Virus record (IMG/VR): IMGVR_UViG_3300038530_003085
Location: 96,001 to 160,000 of that record
DNA from: a virus
Taxonomy: Duplodnaviria; Caudoviricetes
Direction: 5' to 3' (one strand)
DNA length: 64,000 nt
Position numbers and translations under genes: made by a program
Shown: positions 18,585-27,668 of the stretch, piece after piece
Layout of the letters: the number at the start of each line of letters is the position of its first letter
Numbering within the stretch: the stretch's first letter is position 1
The notes under the pieces: generated by a model
The model's database searches: none
What the model saw: the letters and a program-made list of their open reading frames with translations, nothing else
Told to the model about the DNA's origin: nothing

Positions 18585-19298
18585 TTAGAAGACAAACCAG
18601 TTTGTCCCGTTTGAATACACACTAATCGCTGGCATAGTACCAGTAAGAACATATGTTCCTTCATTATCAAACAATTGATTACCGCCAGCAGTGCCGGTTA
18701 ACGTAATATTATTACCACCACCAGTTCTTGCAGGAACTTCGTCTTTGATTATCCACGTAAGCCCAACCGGCACCGCTGAGGCAGATGGAAATACTAGTGT
18801 AGTGGCTGTGGTTCTAGTCACGCCATATATATGACTGCCTTGTGTCAGTGTTGTCGGTGTTGCACTAACAGCAGTATAGCCGCCAGCAAAGCCGGCGACA
18901 CTAACAACCTTTTGAGTTGCACTAGCACTTAAAACAAAATTTGTTGCTGGGCCGGCACCGGCTTCTGTAACAACCAAGCTGCCTGTCCGCATGTGAGTGT
19001 CATCATTTGTATTACCAAAAAATGTAGAACCAGTTGCATCAATCCTAGTGATATCTTCATAATGAAAAACACTTGCTGACACTGAACCAGTGACTAGAAG
19101 GTTTCCTGATAGCACCAGCGTATTTGGCGAATAAGGATGCAACGATGTATCAGAAGCAGTATGATAAACAAGTGCTGCTACACCAAGAGTAGAATTATGG
19201 CCAGTTAAAAACTGAACAGAACCCGTTGGCCCTGCAGCTTGTCCAGCACCTTCACTCTCATCGGTGCAATTTACATATGCCCATCCAAAATTTGCCAC
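18585..19298 (-). CDS. Fibre-like virion protein (paralogue family)
   Basis: GPTGSVQF; TGSTFFGNTNDDTHMRTGS; C-terminal WIIKDE...SVYSNGTNWFVF. Confidence 0.7.
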   Translation of the reverse strand: MANFGWAYVNCTDESEGAGQAAGPTGSVQFLTGHNSTLGVAALVYHTASDTSLHPYSPNTLVLSGNLLVTGSVSASVFHYEDITRIDATGSTFFGNTNDDTHMRTGSLVVTEAGAGPATNFVLSASATQKVVSVAGFAGGYTAVSATPTTLTQGSHIYGVTRTTATTLVFPSASAVPVGLTWIIKDEVPARTGGGNNITLTGTAGGNQLFDNEGTYVLTGTMPAISVYSNGTNWFVF

Positions 19299-19302
19299 GG
19301 GC

Positions 19303-19722
19303 CTAGCCTACTCCGTCAGAGCCTTTCCAGTTTGGACCGGCATCGGTTTCGACTGATGAAGCATCAATATTGGTTAAACCAGCAACAATATCAAAAGTGA
19401 ACGCGCTGCTATCTTCAGACATAAAATGCAATTCGCTAACTTTAAGATCTAGAGGGCCGGTAAAACTTCCACTACTATAAACTCTAAAGTTTTCGTTTCT
19501 ATGTAAACCATCTTGACTAAACGCAACGCGAAGTTCACGATTAAGTTGATCTTGGTGAGGGGAAATTTGAACCCACTTGGTGACTTTAGGGAATGTTATT
19601 TTTAATGTATTTGAACCACTAACAGGTGCCAAGCACGAACCTGTTGCAAACGGCTTTCCGCTAACTTGATAGGAACCGACGTTGTTTAGTCCAACTCTTG
19701 TATTCCAGTTTTGTAGTGCCAT
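19303..19722 (-). CDS. Small virion structural protein
   Basis: GLNNVGSYQVSGKPF; beta-rich; late motif at 19754-19761 and AAGGAG SD. Confidence 0.55.
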   Translation of the reverse strand: MALQNWNTRVGLNNVGSYQVSGKPFATGSCLAPVSGSNTLKITFPKVTKWVQISPHQDQLNRELRVAFSQDGLHRNENFRVYSSGSFTGPLDLKVSELHFMSEDSSAFTFDIVAGLTNIDASSVETDAGPNWKGSDGVG

Positions 19723-19753
19723 TATTAAACTCCTTAAAATTTGTTTTACATTG

Positions 19754-19761
19754 TAAATAGT
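19754..19761 (-). promoter_or_regulatory. Putative late promoter ACTATTTA
   Basis: Exact motif directly after the bS21 stop codon. Confidence 0.65.
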
Positions 19762-19763
19762 TA

Positions 19764-20006
19764 CTAAATTTTTCTACGCCGTCTTTCTATCGCCCTTTGC
19801 TTTTTTCTTTCTTCTCTAAGACGTGCTCGCTGGGCTCTTTCTTTTTTAATCTTCTTTTTCACGGAGGGTTTCTCATAGTGCTTTCTATCTCTAACTTCCT
19901 CTACAATTCTTTCTTTTTTTACTTTTTTAAGAAAACGACGAATTAATCTTTCATTGCTTTCTCTATTGTTAAATCTTTTTGTGACAACTTGTGATTTCTT
20001 TTTCAT
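19764..20006 (-). CDS. rpsU: Phage-encoded ribosomal protein bS21
   Basis: 80 aa, very basic; ES.ERLIRRF.KKVKK..I.EEVRDRKHYEKPS.K...K is the bS21 signature (E....LRRF.+...; R..YEKP). Confidence 0.92.
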   Translation of the reverse strand: MKKKSQVVTKRFNNRESNERLIRRFLKKVKKERIVEEVRDRKHYEKPSVKKKIKKERAQRARLREERKKQRAIERRRRKI

Positions 20007-20012
20007 TATTAC

Positions 20013-20402
20013 CTACTTTAATCTTTCCCATATTTTAGATGACTTACCTAAAATAGAACTAATATCAACACCGGCGTCACTAGGATCGCCTAAATCGACG
20101 GCACCAGCAGCCTGTTCACGCTGAGCAGGGGCAGGTGTAGTTCCTTCAAATAAGTCTACACCATTGAAAGCATCTTTATTGATTGCATCCATTAATTTCT
20201 TACGTTGTTCTTTCAATTTAGTATTGTTAGGCTCTCTAACTATTTGCCTAGGGGGCTCTTTGCTTTCAACAATAGGGGCGGCTCCCACACCCTTAACTAC
20301 TTCAGAAACAACATTAGACAAAAGCCCTTCTTCTATAAGAACTTCATGAATGCACTCTTTTACGAGTGGCTTGATAACTTTTTTTAATTCTGATTTTTTC
20401 AT
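20013..20402 (-). CDS. Putative internal head protein with a KSELKxxI leader
   Basis: MKKSELKKVIKPLVKECIHEVLIEE; lies between the protease and bS21 genes. Confidence 0.6.
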   Translation of the reverse strand: MKKSELKKVIKPLVKECIHEVLIEEGLLSNVVSEVVKGVGAAPIVESKEPPRQIVREPNNTKLKEQRKKLMDAINKDAFNGVDLFEGTTPAPAQREQAAGAVDLGDPSDAGVDISSILGKSSKIWERLK

Positions 20403-20411
20403 TATACTCTC

Positions 20412-21014
20412 TTAATTTTTATCTAAAACCTCATCGATAAGTTGATTGATTTTAGATTGCTTTCCTTCCTTCAGTCCAAACTCTTTTGCTTCTCGCATCA
20501 TAAATGCACCGGGAGTTGATGGCTCTGATACCACATCGAAACATACTAACTCAAAATCTTCTTGCACTATAGATTTACCATTGCGCTCAGTGACAGAGCC
20601 AGTTCCACGAGATGATATTCCAATAGAGCATCCGCCCTCTACTAATGCACGCAATGTTTTACCAGCCGGTGTTTCAAGGACTTGAATCTTGCCCATTACC
20701 TTGTTACCATCCATCCATATTTCATTGACCTTGTGAGACACTTTTTCAAGTGATACTTCAACTTTATCAGGATGATCTAATTCACCCAAAGCTCTGTTTT
20801 GCTCAACGAGTTGTTGATACTTTTTGACTTCTCTTTCAAGGACCGGTCTTGTATAGACCCGACCATTACCGTTTAATGTTTCACACATTTGCATAATTCC
20901 TGAAAGAATCATACCGCCTTCGGAAACAAATCGCTTTTCAGCCTCGGTTAGTAAATCTTGGCAAACACCGCCCTCGCAAAGTTCGTAAAATTCTCTTAAT
21001 AATTTCTTACCCAT
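20412..21014 (-). CDS. gp21: Prohead core protease (T4 gp21 family)
   Basis: NGNGRVY, ALGELDHP, VSH, TPAG, GISSRGTGS, FDVVSEPSTPGA catalytic motifs. Confidence 0.97.
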   Translation of the reverse strand: MGKKLLREFYELCEGGVCQDLLTEAEKRFVSEGGMILSGIMQMCETLNGNGRVYTRPVLEREVKKYQQLVEQNRALGELDHPDKVEVSLEKVSHKVNEIWMDGNKVMGKIQVLETPAGKTLRALVEGGCSIGISSRGTGSVTERNGKSIVQEDFELVCFDVVSEPSTPGAFMMREAKEFGLKEGKQSKINQLIDEVLDKN

Positions 21015-21016
21015 AG

Positions 21017-21106
21017 CTAAGATCCTTTACAGCAACGCCTAACTGGCTGAAGCATCCACTTGTTTGTCCAAGTGGCAGGACTCTGGGTTTGCGTGTTTGT
21101 GTTCAT
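21017..21106 (-). CDS. Unannotated 29-aa peptide MNTNTQTQSPATWTNKWMLQPVRRCCKGS
   Basis: GAGGGA SD ahead of the ATG at 21106; TAG at 21017-21019, 2 nt before the protease ATG; overlaps the 3' end of the upstream ORF in another frame. Confidence 0.5.
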   Translation of the reverse strand: MNTNTQTQSPATWTNKWMLQPVRRCCKGS

Positions 21107-21389
21107 GTTTAATTCCCTCATCTCCAAAAATCATATTAAGAACATATGATGTTCCTGACGATAGCCATCCCATAAGGAAAAAATTGGTTACCGTTACATC
21201 AAAATTAAATAGTTCTGTGAATGGAGAAAGTAGCAATAAAAACCAACCTATGTGAAAGCCCATACACATAGGGCAATTAAATAGTTCACCTAGACGGCCC
21301 TCTTTGGGACGAATGTTTTTAAAAATTTTACCGTATACTACTATTTGCGTTAATCCATATGCACATAGTATAAATGTTATTAGTTCCAT
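21039..21389 (-). CDS. Small membrane protein with CxxC (DUF1360-like)
   Basis: Three hydrophobic segments; LGELFNCPMCMGFHIG; GAGG SD before MELITF. Confidence 0.6.
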   Translation of the reverse strand: MELITFILCAYGLTQIVVYGKIFKNIRPKEGRLGELFNCPMCMGFHIGWFLLLLSPFTELFNFDVTVTNFFLMGWLSSGTSYVLNMIFGDEGIKHEHKHANPESCHLDKQVDASAS

Positions 21390-21396
21390 TAATTCC

Positions 21397-21939
21397 TCAA
21401 ATAGTATACATATAGTTATAGGCGTATGGGTCACGTATGTACCCGGGTCTAATTGAACCCTTCTCTGCAGCTTGGGGAACTTCTCCAAGCTCTGTTGAGT
21501 ATTCTTTATCAGGATCTAGTACATGATTGTCATCCATAGAGACGATGGCTTCGACCTGTTCAAAGTAAGGTCTTTCTTCTTCAATAAAATTATGTATATT
21601 AATCAAAGCCATCTTAGCTGACGATGCGTCAGGATCAGTGGACTCTTCAAGTGTGGCTTCAAAAGAACCATAGAATGCGCCGGCTTGAATACTTTCAGGA
21701 ATTACGATTCCCTTTTTTCTTAAGCAAGCAAACAATCTATTTTGTGCACCATACACTAAGTCAGTCATTGTTTCTTTTGGAAAAGCAACGACCTTCTTTT
21801 TATTTGGAGATAATACAATATCAATATCTCCGTGATCAAAAATCATTAAATCGCCGTTTAATGAACGGCGTAAATCAAGTTCTAATCTAACTTTCTTTTG
21901 ATTAGACTTTTTACCTACCTTAATGATTACCGGCATCAC
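21397..21939 (-). CDS. Hypothetical protein in the head-morphogenesis cluster
   Basis: Long ORF tightly packed in the operon. Confidence 0.75.
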   Translation of the reverse strand: MMPVIIKVGKKSNQKKVRLELDLRRSLNGDLMIFDHGDIDIVLSPNKKKVVAFPKETMTDLVYGAQNRLFACLRKKGIVIPESIQAGAFYGSFEATLEESTDPDASSAKMALINIHNFIEEERPYFEQVEAIVSMDDNHVLDPDKEYSTELGEVPQAAEKGSIRPGYIRDPYAYNYMYTI

Positions 21940-22720
21940 TAATTTCCTTTACAAGTTGTTGAGTTTTTAAGACAGTCAACAATAAGTTATCGTCAATTTC
22001 AGTAGCTTGGAAAGAGTCAAGCTTTTCACTTATCAAACTACGACGCCCATCAAGCTTACTATCTGGAATTGAATCAATTGTCTTCTTAAGTCTGGTCAAT
22101 TCTTCATTCAGAAACATCTTAAGTTCAACAGCATTGTCAACAAAAGAAGCGATGTAATGGTTTAACAATTCTTTTTGCTCATCAAGCAACTCATCAGAGT
22201 ATTTCTGGTTGAACTTATTTACAAAAGTTGTTAGAGTGAGAGTGTCAATTTCCGTTTCAGTTTCTAATTCAACACTCTTTGACATATCTTCAATAATCTT
22301 ATTTTCTAACATGACCTTATTCTTTGGCGTTGTTTTTATATTAAAGATCTGGTCAATGGTTGCCAATGTTTTATAGTTTGGCACAAAGTTATTAAATACA
22401 GTTGGGTCAAGCTCTTTGTTAATATCGTTGATAAGCTCAGTTTGTTGCTTAAATAATCCGTGTGGATCGATTAAACGTGCTGAGATATTAGCTTCTTTTA
22501 ATATTTTTTCACATATTTCAACTGGGAGGTTCTGGTTTTCGTAGAGTGACTTGTAGCAGTTGAGATGCTGTCTTAAGTAGCTACCGGGCTTAAAGTGTTT
22601 TTTCACAAGCGATACAGCAATATTTTTTCTTTCAGTATCATTTTTGATAATCGCGGCGGTAATCTCTTTTACCAACGACTCAAAAACAAATGCCGTATTT
22701 CTTTTTTTATTGTGTTTCAT
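21920..22720 (-). CDS. Hypothetical helical protein downstream of portal (probable head assembly)
   Basis: MKHNKKRNTAFVFESL; overlaps the portal stop; helical. Confidence 0.75.
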   Translation of the reverse strand: MKHNKKRNTAFVFESLVKEITAAIIKNDTERKNIAVSLVKKHFKPGSYLRQHLNCYKSLYENQNLPVEICEKILKEANISARLIDPHGLFKQQTELINDINKELDPTVFNNFVPNYKTLATIDQIFNIKTTPKNKVMLENKIIEDMSKSVELETETEIDTLTLTTFVNKFNQKYSDELLDEQKELLNHYIASFVDNAVELKMFLNEELTRLKKTIDSIPDSKLDGRRSLISEKLDSFQATEIDDNLLLTVLKTQQLVKEISDAGNH

Positions 22721-24692
22721 CTTTTTGCTCCGTCAATAGTTTATTTTTCTTATCTAAAACATCAATTAATGATTTTACAGAATTATTCATCTCAAGAATT
22801 TTTTGTTCTTCGTCTAATTCTCTATCAGAATATATAGATGTTTGTTCTGTAAAAACTCCTCTACCCAATGATCTTAACTCTGGATAGCCTAGATTATTCT
22901 TTCTCATAGTATTTGTTTCTGGTGTAGCAATTGACCCATATGATTGAGATCTTTTACCTAGTGGCCTCTTATCATTGACACCATCTTTTCTTACATAAGT
23001 GCTCTTGTCATACACGCTTAGTTTTTTTGATGGGCGTGAACCGGGAGGCACTGCCAATAATGGTGAATCATCTCCTGCATCATCTGGCGCTGGTGTTGCG
23101 TCTGTTACGTCAGTTGCTGGTATTTCGGCTGGACCACCAGCGGCATCACCGGCATCGTCGCCAAGATCTAAGTCACCACCTCCAAGATCGCCACCTAAGC
23201 CGCCACCAAGGGCATCACCGCCTCCGCCGGCGGCACCTGCTGCCCCTTCGGCAACTTGTTGCAATGATGCATCATGTTTACGGTCGTAATACATTTCACG
23301 CTGATTACGTACAAATTCCTCGTGGTTGATACCAAAAATATTTTCAGACACCCAGCGGCGCGAGAAGTAACCTTCAGTAGCCGATGCTGCAATGTCAAAC
23401 TTCGCTTTCCAATGTTCAATTTCTTGTATCTCGGCAATCTTAGATGGGTTGTTGAGTGACAGCTTGAATGAAAGCAAGTCATCACCACGGAATCCAAGTG
23501 TATAAAGATGAATAATTCCTATCTTTTCAAGCTCAGAAATAACTACTCGCTGCAATCTTTGAATAGTTCTGGCAAAACGAATATCTTTTTGTGCTAATGT
23601 TGTTTTATCTTCTGTCGCTCCCTCACCCATCGTAAGATACGATTGAGGTATCTTTAGTGCTGAGAACAACTTGTCGCGAAGATACTTGACATCATCAATC
23701 GCTGTAATATTTTGTGCACCAGCTAATGATACAATATCGGTTTGTGAACCGGCACGGACTGGGATGTAGTAATCTTCTTCAATGCTCATCGGGTTGTAGC
23801 GTAAATCGACCCGGCCGGTGTCAGGATTGACAACAGAATTTCTTTTAAGTTGAGTAACTACTTTTTCCATATACTGTTCAACTTCATTCGGGGGAATAGC
23901 ACCAACATCAATCTTAAACACACGTCTCTCTGACGAACGCACAACACGGTAGGCCATCATTGCGTCTTCCATAAGGGTAAGCTGACGCCAGATACGACGT
24001 GAAGGCTCAAGAATAGAAGTTCCATAAGGTGCATACTTGTCGTTACCTAATACTCTAAAATGTGCAATTTGCCAATTTTCAAATGTTAAGCCAGCCGAGT
24101 TCCACTGATATTGTACATAGTTAGGGTTTGTAGCGTCCTGTCCTTCCAATCTCTCAACTTCTTGTGGAGGGAGTGAGATAGCTGACTGTACACCGTATTT
24201 ATCATCAATATCCAAGTACAACATGAAGTCACCATACTTGCACATTGTTCTTGACCAGCCAAACAAATTATATTCTACATTGAGAATGTTCTCGTATAAG
24301 ATTGCCAAAACCGCTCTTAATTCTTCGTTAGGACAACTAATATTAAGCATAGGTCTAAGATCGGAATAAGTTGTCATCTCATCTGCATAAATATCAAGTG
24401 TTGAAGCAATCTCAGGAGTGTATTCCATTTGATCAAAGTCAACATAACGTTCTGAACGACGCTGGTTTGCGATAGCATTAGAACCGATCTGATCTAACGG
24501 ACTGTAGTGAGTCTTCTTAAATTGTTGCCCAGATGCTGTTTTAAATCTTGACGAAAATTTATCAAGATGCTGTCGTCTAATCCTACGTCCCGACTGAGAA
24601 CGGTAATTAATAATAGGACCAGAAAATAATCTCGTTAAAGATTTAAATAATTGCGATTGATTATTTCTGGGATTGTTTTTGTTATCGGCCAT
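22707..24692 (-). CDS. gp20: Portal protein (T4 gp20 family)
   Basis: MEYTPEIASTLDIYADE, LMEDAMMAYRVVRSSERRVFKIDVG, EDYYIPVR, DDVKYLRDKLFSALKIP; Gly/Asp-rich low-complexity stretch near the C-terminus. Confidence 0.97.
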   Translation of the reverse strand: MADNKNNPRNNQSQLFKSLTRLFSGPIINYRSQSGRRIRRQHLDKFSSRFKTASGQQFKKTHYSPLDQIGSNAIANQRRSERYVDFDQMEYTPEIASTLDIYADEMTTYSDLRPMLNISCPNEELRAVLAILYENILNVEYNLFGWSRTMCKYGDFMLYLDIDDKYGVQSAISLPPQEVERLEGQDATNPNYVQYQWNSAGLTFENWQIAHFRVLGNDKYAPYGTSILEPSRRIWRQLTLMEDAMMAYRVVRSSERRVFKIDVGAIPPNEVEQYMEKVVTQLKRNSVVNPDTGRVDLRYNPMSIEEDYYIPVRAGSQTDIVSLAGAQNITAIDDVKYLRDKLFSALKIPQSYLTMGEGATEDKTTLAQKDIRFARTIQRLQRVVISELEKIGIIHLYTLGFRGDDLLSFKLSLNNPSKIAEIQEIEHWKAKFDIAASATEGYFSRRWVSENIFGINHEEFVRNQREMYYDRKHDASLQQVAEGAAGAAGGGGDALGGGLGGDLGGGDLDLGDDAGDAAGGPAEIPATDVTDATPAPDDAGDDSPLLAVPPGSRPSKKLSVYDKSTYVRKDGVNDKRPLGKRSQSYGSIATPETNTMRKNNLGYPELRSLGRGVFTEQTSIYSDRELDEEQKILEMNNSVKSLIDVLDKKNKLLTEQKDETQ

Positions 24693-24700
24693 TTATTTTC

Positions 24701-26284
24701 TCACTTTATAATCCAATTAAATTGATTGTACATTCTTTTAGCTTCGTCTATTTTATCAAATGATTCTTTTTCTTTGTATCCAATCTGTCCTTTTATTTGT
24801 GTGTTCATAGTAGTTCTGGATGTAATAATTGCATTCGCAAAAGCTTTTTGATAGTTCAAATCTCTTGCGCTGTTTTGTATTGCAGTGTCTCTTACCCAGC
24901 AAGCAATTGCTAATGCCATTATCAAATCATCATGATAACCTTTCATTGCTTGTGGTCTACCATTCCTCCAAATAAAAGTTTTCATCTCATTAATAGTACG
25001 AGATGAATATACCGTAATTAGTTTATTTCTGATAAACTCTTCTAATTTCGCTACTATAAGAGGTCGAGTCTTAGAAGACGTTGTGAAGCCGGGCACTGCA
25101 GAGTTTCTGTATTCAGCTTGATGTTGTTCGATATATTCGTGTGTTGACTTGATAGAGTGATACAAGTTTGGATATCCAGCATCTAATAATTTATCTAACA
25201 CTGAATAACCAACATTGTTGTTTTCAACAACAAGCATCGCATTACCAAACTCTCTACCAACTTGATTTAATATATTTGCATACATATCGAGTGTTGGCTT
25301 CCCTTGATATTCGCCAACAACTTGCAAAGTTTCTAATTTTATCATATGAAAAGTTGAATAATCAGCACCATCACCACGAGCTACATCAGCGACCATAAGA
25401 TAATTACAGCTTGGATCATACTCTTCCCAAATCCAAAAGTTTCTATCAAAACCAGTTCTATACTTTGGTTCACACACATTACTAAGCAACCACTCCATAC
25501 AATCAGGGTCAATTACGGTCTCACCAGAAGTGTTGAAATTACATTCTAATTCTTGGGCAATCTGTCGTTTGGACATATTTTTAGTTTCTTTCTTGTACCA
25601 TTCTTCATCTCTATCGGGATGAACGTCCCATGGTAGTGTTGTAAGGTTAAAATTATTTGCCCCACTCTCAGCATCAACACAATTTTTATGAAACCAATTA
25701 CCAACACCGTTAGGTGTTGAAAGTGCAATACAACGACCACCAGTAGACAATGTGGGATACAAACCAGTCCACAACTCATCAAGACCTTCGATGTGTGCAG
25801 CCTCATCAAGAACCAATAAAGACAGTGCCTCAGAGCGACCTGCATCACCTGATGTTGATGCCGCCTTAATCGAAGAACCATTAGACAGTTCAAATGATGT
25901 TCGGTTGTCAACCGAGATTGTAGCTATGCGAATCCACTCTGGCAAATTCTTCATAATGCTTTTAACCTTTTTAACAAGGTTACCAGCAGTTGCAAACTTG
26001 GTTGCCATAACAAGAATTGACTTATCTTTGTGAAAAAGCATAAGCCAAGAAATATACCCGGCTGTAATAGTTGAAATACCTAACTGTCTTGCTTTTAAAA
26101 TAATGTTGAATCTGTAATCGTTAAAATCATTTAACAACACATCTTGAAAGTCATACGTATCAAAAAGGATTAGCCCGTGCATCGGATGTGATATACGGGC
26201 GTAATTTTTCAAGAAATATGCAGGGTCTTTACCGCACTTTAATATTTCTTGAAACTTTTGTTTTTTGGTAAGTTCAAAACTCAT
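24701..26284 (-). CDS. terL: Terminase large subunit (T4 gp17 family)
   Basis: ILKARQLGIST (Walker A), LLVLDEAAHI (Walker B), STPNG, ADVARGDG.DYS and HDDLIMALAI nuclease motifs. Confidence 0.97.
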   Translation of the reverse strand: MSFELTKKQKFQEILKCGKDPAYFLKNYARISHPMHGLILFDTYDFQDVLLNDFNDYRFNIILKARQLGISTITAGYISWLMLFHKDKSILVMATKFATAGNLVKKVKSIMKNLPEWIRIATISVDNRTSFELSNGSSIKAASTSGDAGRSEALSLLVLDEAAHIEGLDELWTGLYPTLSTGGRCIALSTPNGVGNWFHKNCVDAESGANNFNLTTLPWDVHPDRDEEWYKKETKNMSKRQIAQELECNFNTSGETVIDPDCMEWLLSNVCEPKYRTGFDRNFWIWEEYDPSCNYLMVADVARGDGADYSTFHMIKLETLQVVGEYQGKPTLDMYANILNQVGREFGNAMLVVENNNVGYSVLDKLLDAGYPNLYHSIKSTHEYIEQHQAEYRNSAVPGFTTSSKTRPLIVAKLEEFIRNKLITVYSSRTINEMKTFIWRNGRPQAMKGYHDDLIMALAIACWVRDTAIQNSARDLNYQKAFANAIITSRTTMNTQIKGQIGYKEKESFDKIDEAKRMYNQFNWIIK

Positions 26285-26727
26285 ACATCCCTAATCATTG
26301 TACGAATCATTTCTTGCAGTGCAGACAAATCAAAATCTTCTCTAACAGGACCAAGTGTGATTGGAGATCTGCCATCGTCTCTAGGATCGCCATACAAAGA
26401 AGGTGGGTCGGGTTCATCATCCTGCATCTCTACACCGGGTAATCTTGAAAAGACAGACTGAAAAAGTTCGGCCACATCATCTGGTTGCATACCCTGAACT
26501 AAACTAGCTATCTTATCCTCTATAGAATCAGATCGTTTTTGCATTGGTGCGGTTTGTCCATCATTTCGATCTCTGGGCATCTCAAGCTCTCTACGACGCC
26601 TATACTCATCGTCACCAATCATTCGCCTAATAAGTTCTTCAGCCTCTTCGCTATACTCGGTAATGTTTTCTTCTTTCATGTATTCTTCTAGAATAATTCT
26701 ACGAAGTTGCTTTTTAGTAATCTGCAT
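26281..26727 (-). CDS. Leader-family protein (MQITKKQLRRIILEE), putative internal head protein
   Basis: Start at MQITKK (26727) after the upstream stop, with an AGGAG/AGGG SD; carries the shared leader. Confidence 0.65.
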   Translation of the reverse strand: MQITKKQLRRIILEEYMKEENITEYSEEAEELIRRMIGDDEYRRRRELEMPRDRNDGQTAPMQKRSDSIEDKIASLVQGMQPDDVAELFQSVFSRLPGVEMQDDEPDPPSLYGDPRDDGRSPITLGPVREDFDLSALQEMIRTMIRDV

Positions 26728-26731
26728 TACC

Positions 26732-27274
26732 CTACTCCTTCTTTCTGGTGTCATTAGATGGGCGCTTACCGCCATCACCAGTCCAACCACCTTGAGACAT
26801 AAAGTCTTGCCAGTAGGCATCAGGTGCTTTTGAGGCATCTTCATTATTCATTGATTCATCTAAGCCACCTACAGTAAACTGTTGTACTGCTGTCAAAAAA
26901 GTACGCACGTTGGAAACATTCTCGACTCTAATATCTGGTTCTTCGACTTCGGTAAGTGTTACAGAACTACCAGTGATTTTACGATACTCTTTCTTTAAGA
27001 ACTTGACAACTTCTGACATGATAGCAGTAATATCATCTTCAAAACCGTTCTCATGAACTTTCTTTAAATGAACTTCAGACATATATGTAAGATGCATAAT
27101 GTTGCCTGCAAACCTAACATTAAAGCCATCAATAATGCGTCTATCTAAAATAGGATCGCCAGCCTCACGCTGCAAGCCTGCCTCAATGGGTTCGTTGTTT
27201 TCATCAAGAGCGCCGTCATAAACATTAGCTGCTGCTTGAGAGAGTCCTTGTACTATTTCATATACTGTTGCCAT
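26732..27274 (-). CDS. Hypothetical protein
   Basis: ORF in the operon with an AAGGA SD. Confidence 0.75.
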   Translation of the reverse strand: MATVYEIVQGLSQAAANVYDGALDENNEPIEAGLQREAGDPILDRRIIDGFNVRFAGNIMHLTYMSEVHLKKVHENGFEDDITAIMSEVVKFLKKEYRKITGSSVTLTEVEEPDIRVENVSNVRTFLTAVQQFTVGGLDESMNNEDASKAPDAYWQDFMSQGGWTGDGGKRPSNDTRKKE

Positions 27275-27275
27275 T

Positions 27276-27668
27276 TTAATTATCCTTTTTTAAATTTGGT
27301 CTCCAACCATTTTTCCAACGCTCTTCTCTATCTTCGACATATTTTATGTAGCAATTGTTGCAACATTCAAATTTGACTAAACAGACATCATCCATCGAAG
27401 TCTTTGGAAACTTTCCACAGACAGGACAATTTTTACGCGGTTCTTTATTAAGTAGTTTTTTGCTTACCTTTATACCATTTACATCAATTTTATCTTCCCA
27501 TTCAGAATTTTTGGATGTCTTAGCATAAAATTCTTTCATTTGTTGAAGATATTCTTTTTCCTTATCTTCATCCCAAAATGCTCTGGGATTTGCAATTGCA
27601 TCGTCGCCATACTTTTCTTTTATAGCTTTCTCAATAGCAGCAATTTGATTAAGATTTTTATTGTTCAT
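27276..27668 (-). CDS. Zn-finger protein (CPVC...C...CCNNC) with a RecA-NT-like N-terminal motif
   Basis: Cys cluster seen directly; start MNNKNL overlaps the upstream stop. Confidence 0.65.
   Translation of the reverse strand: MNNKNLNQIAAIEKAIKEKYGDDAIANPRAFWDEDKEKEYLQQMKEFYAKTSKNSEWEDKIDVNGIKVSKKLLNKEPRKNCPVCGKFPKTSMDDVCLVKFECCNNCYIKYVEDREERWKNGWRPNLKKDN

Noticed and set aside
23040-23260. GC-rich repeat-like stretch in the portal gene as a mobile or repeat element
   Set aside because: It simply encodes an in-frame Gly/Asp/Ala low-complexity linker.
26281-27668. Terminase small subunit or endolysin among genes next to terL and the holin
   Set aside because: No supporting motifs; left as hypothetical.
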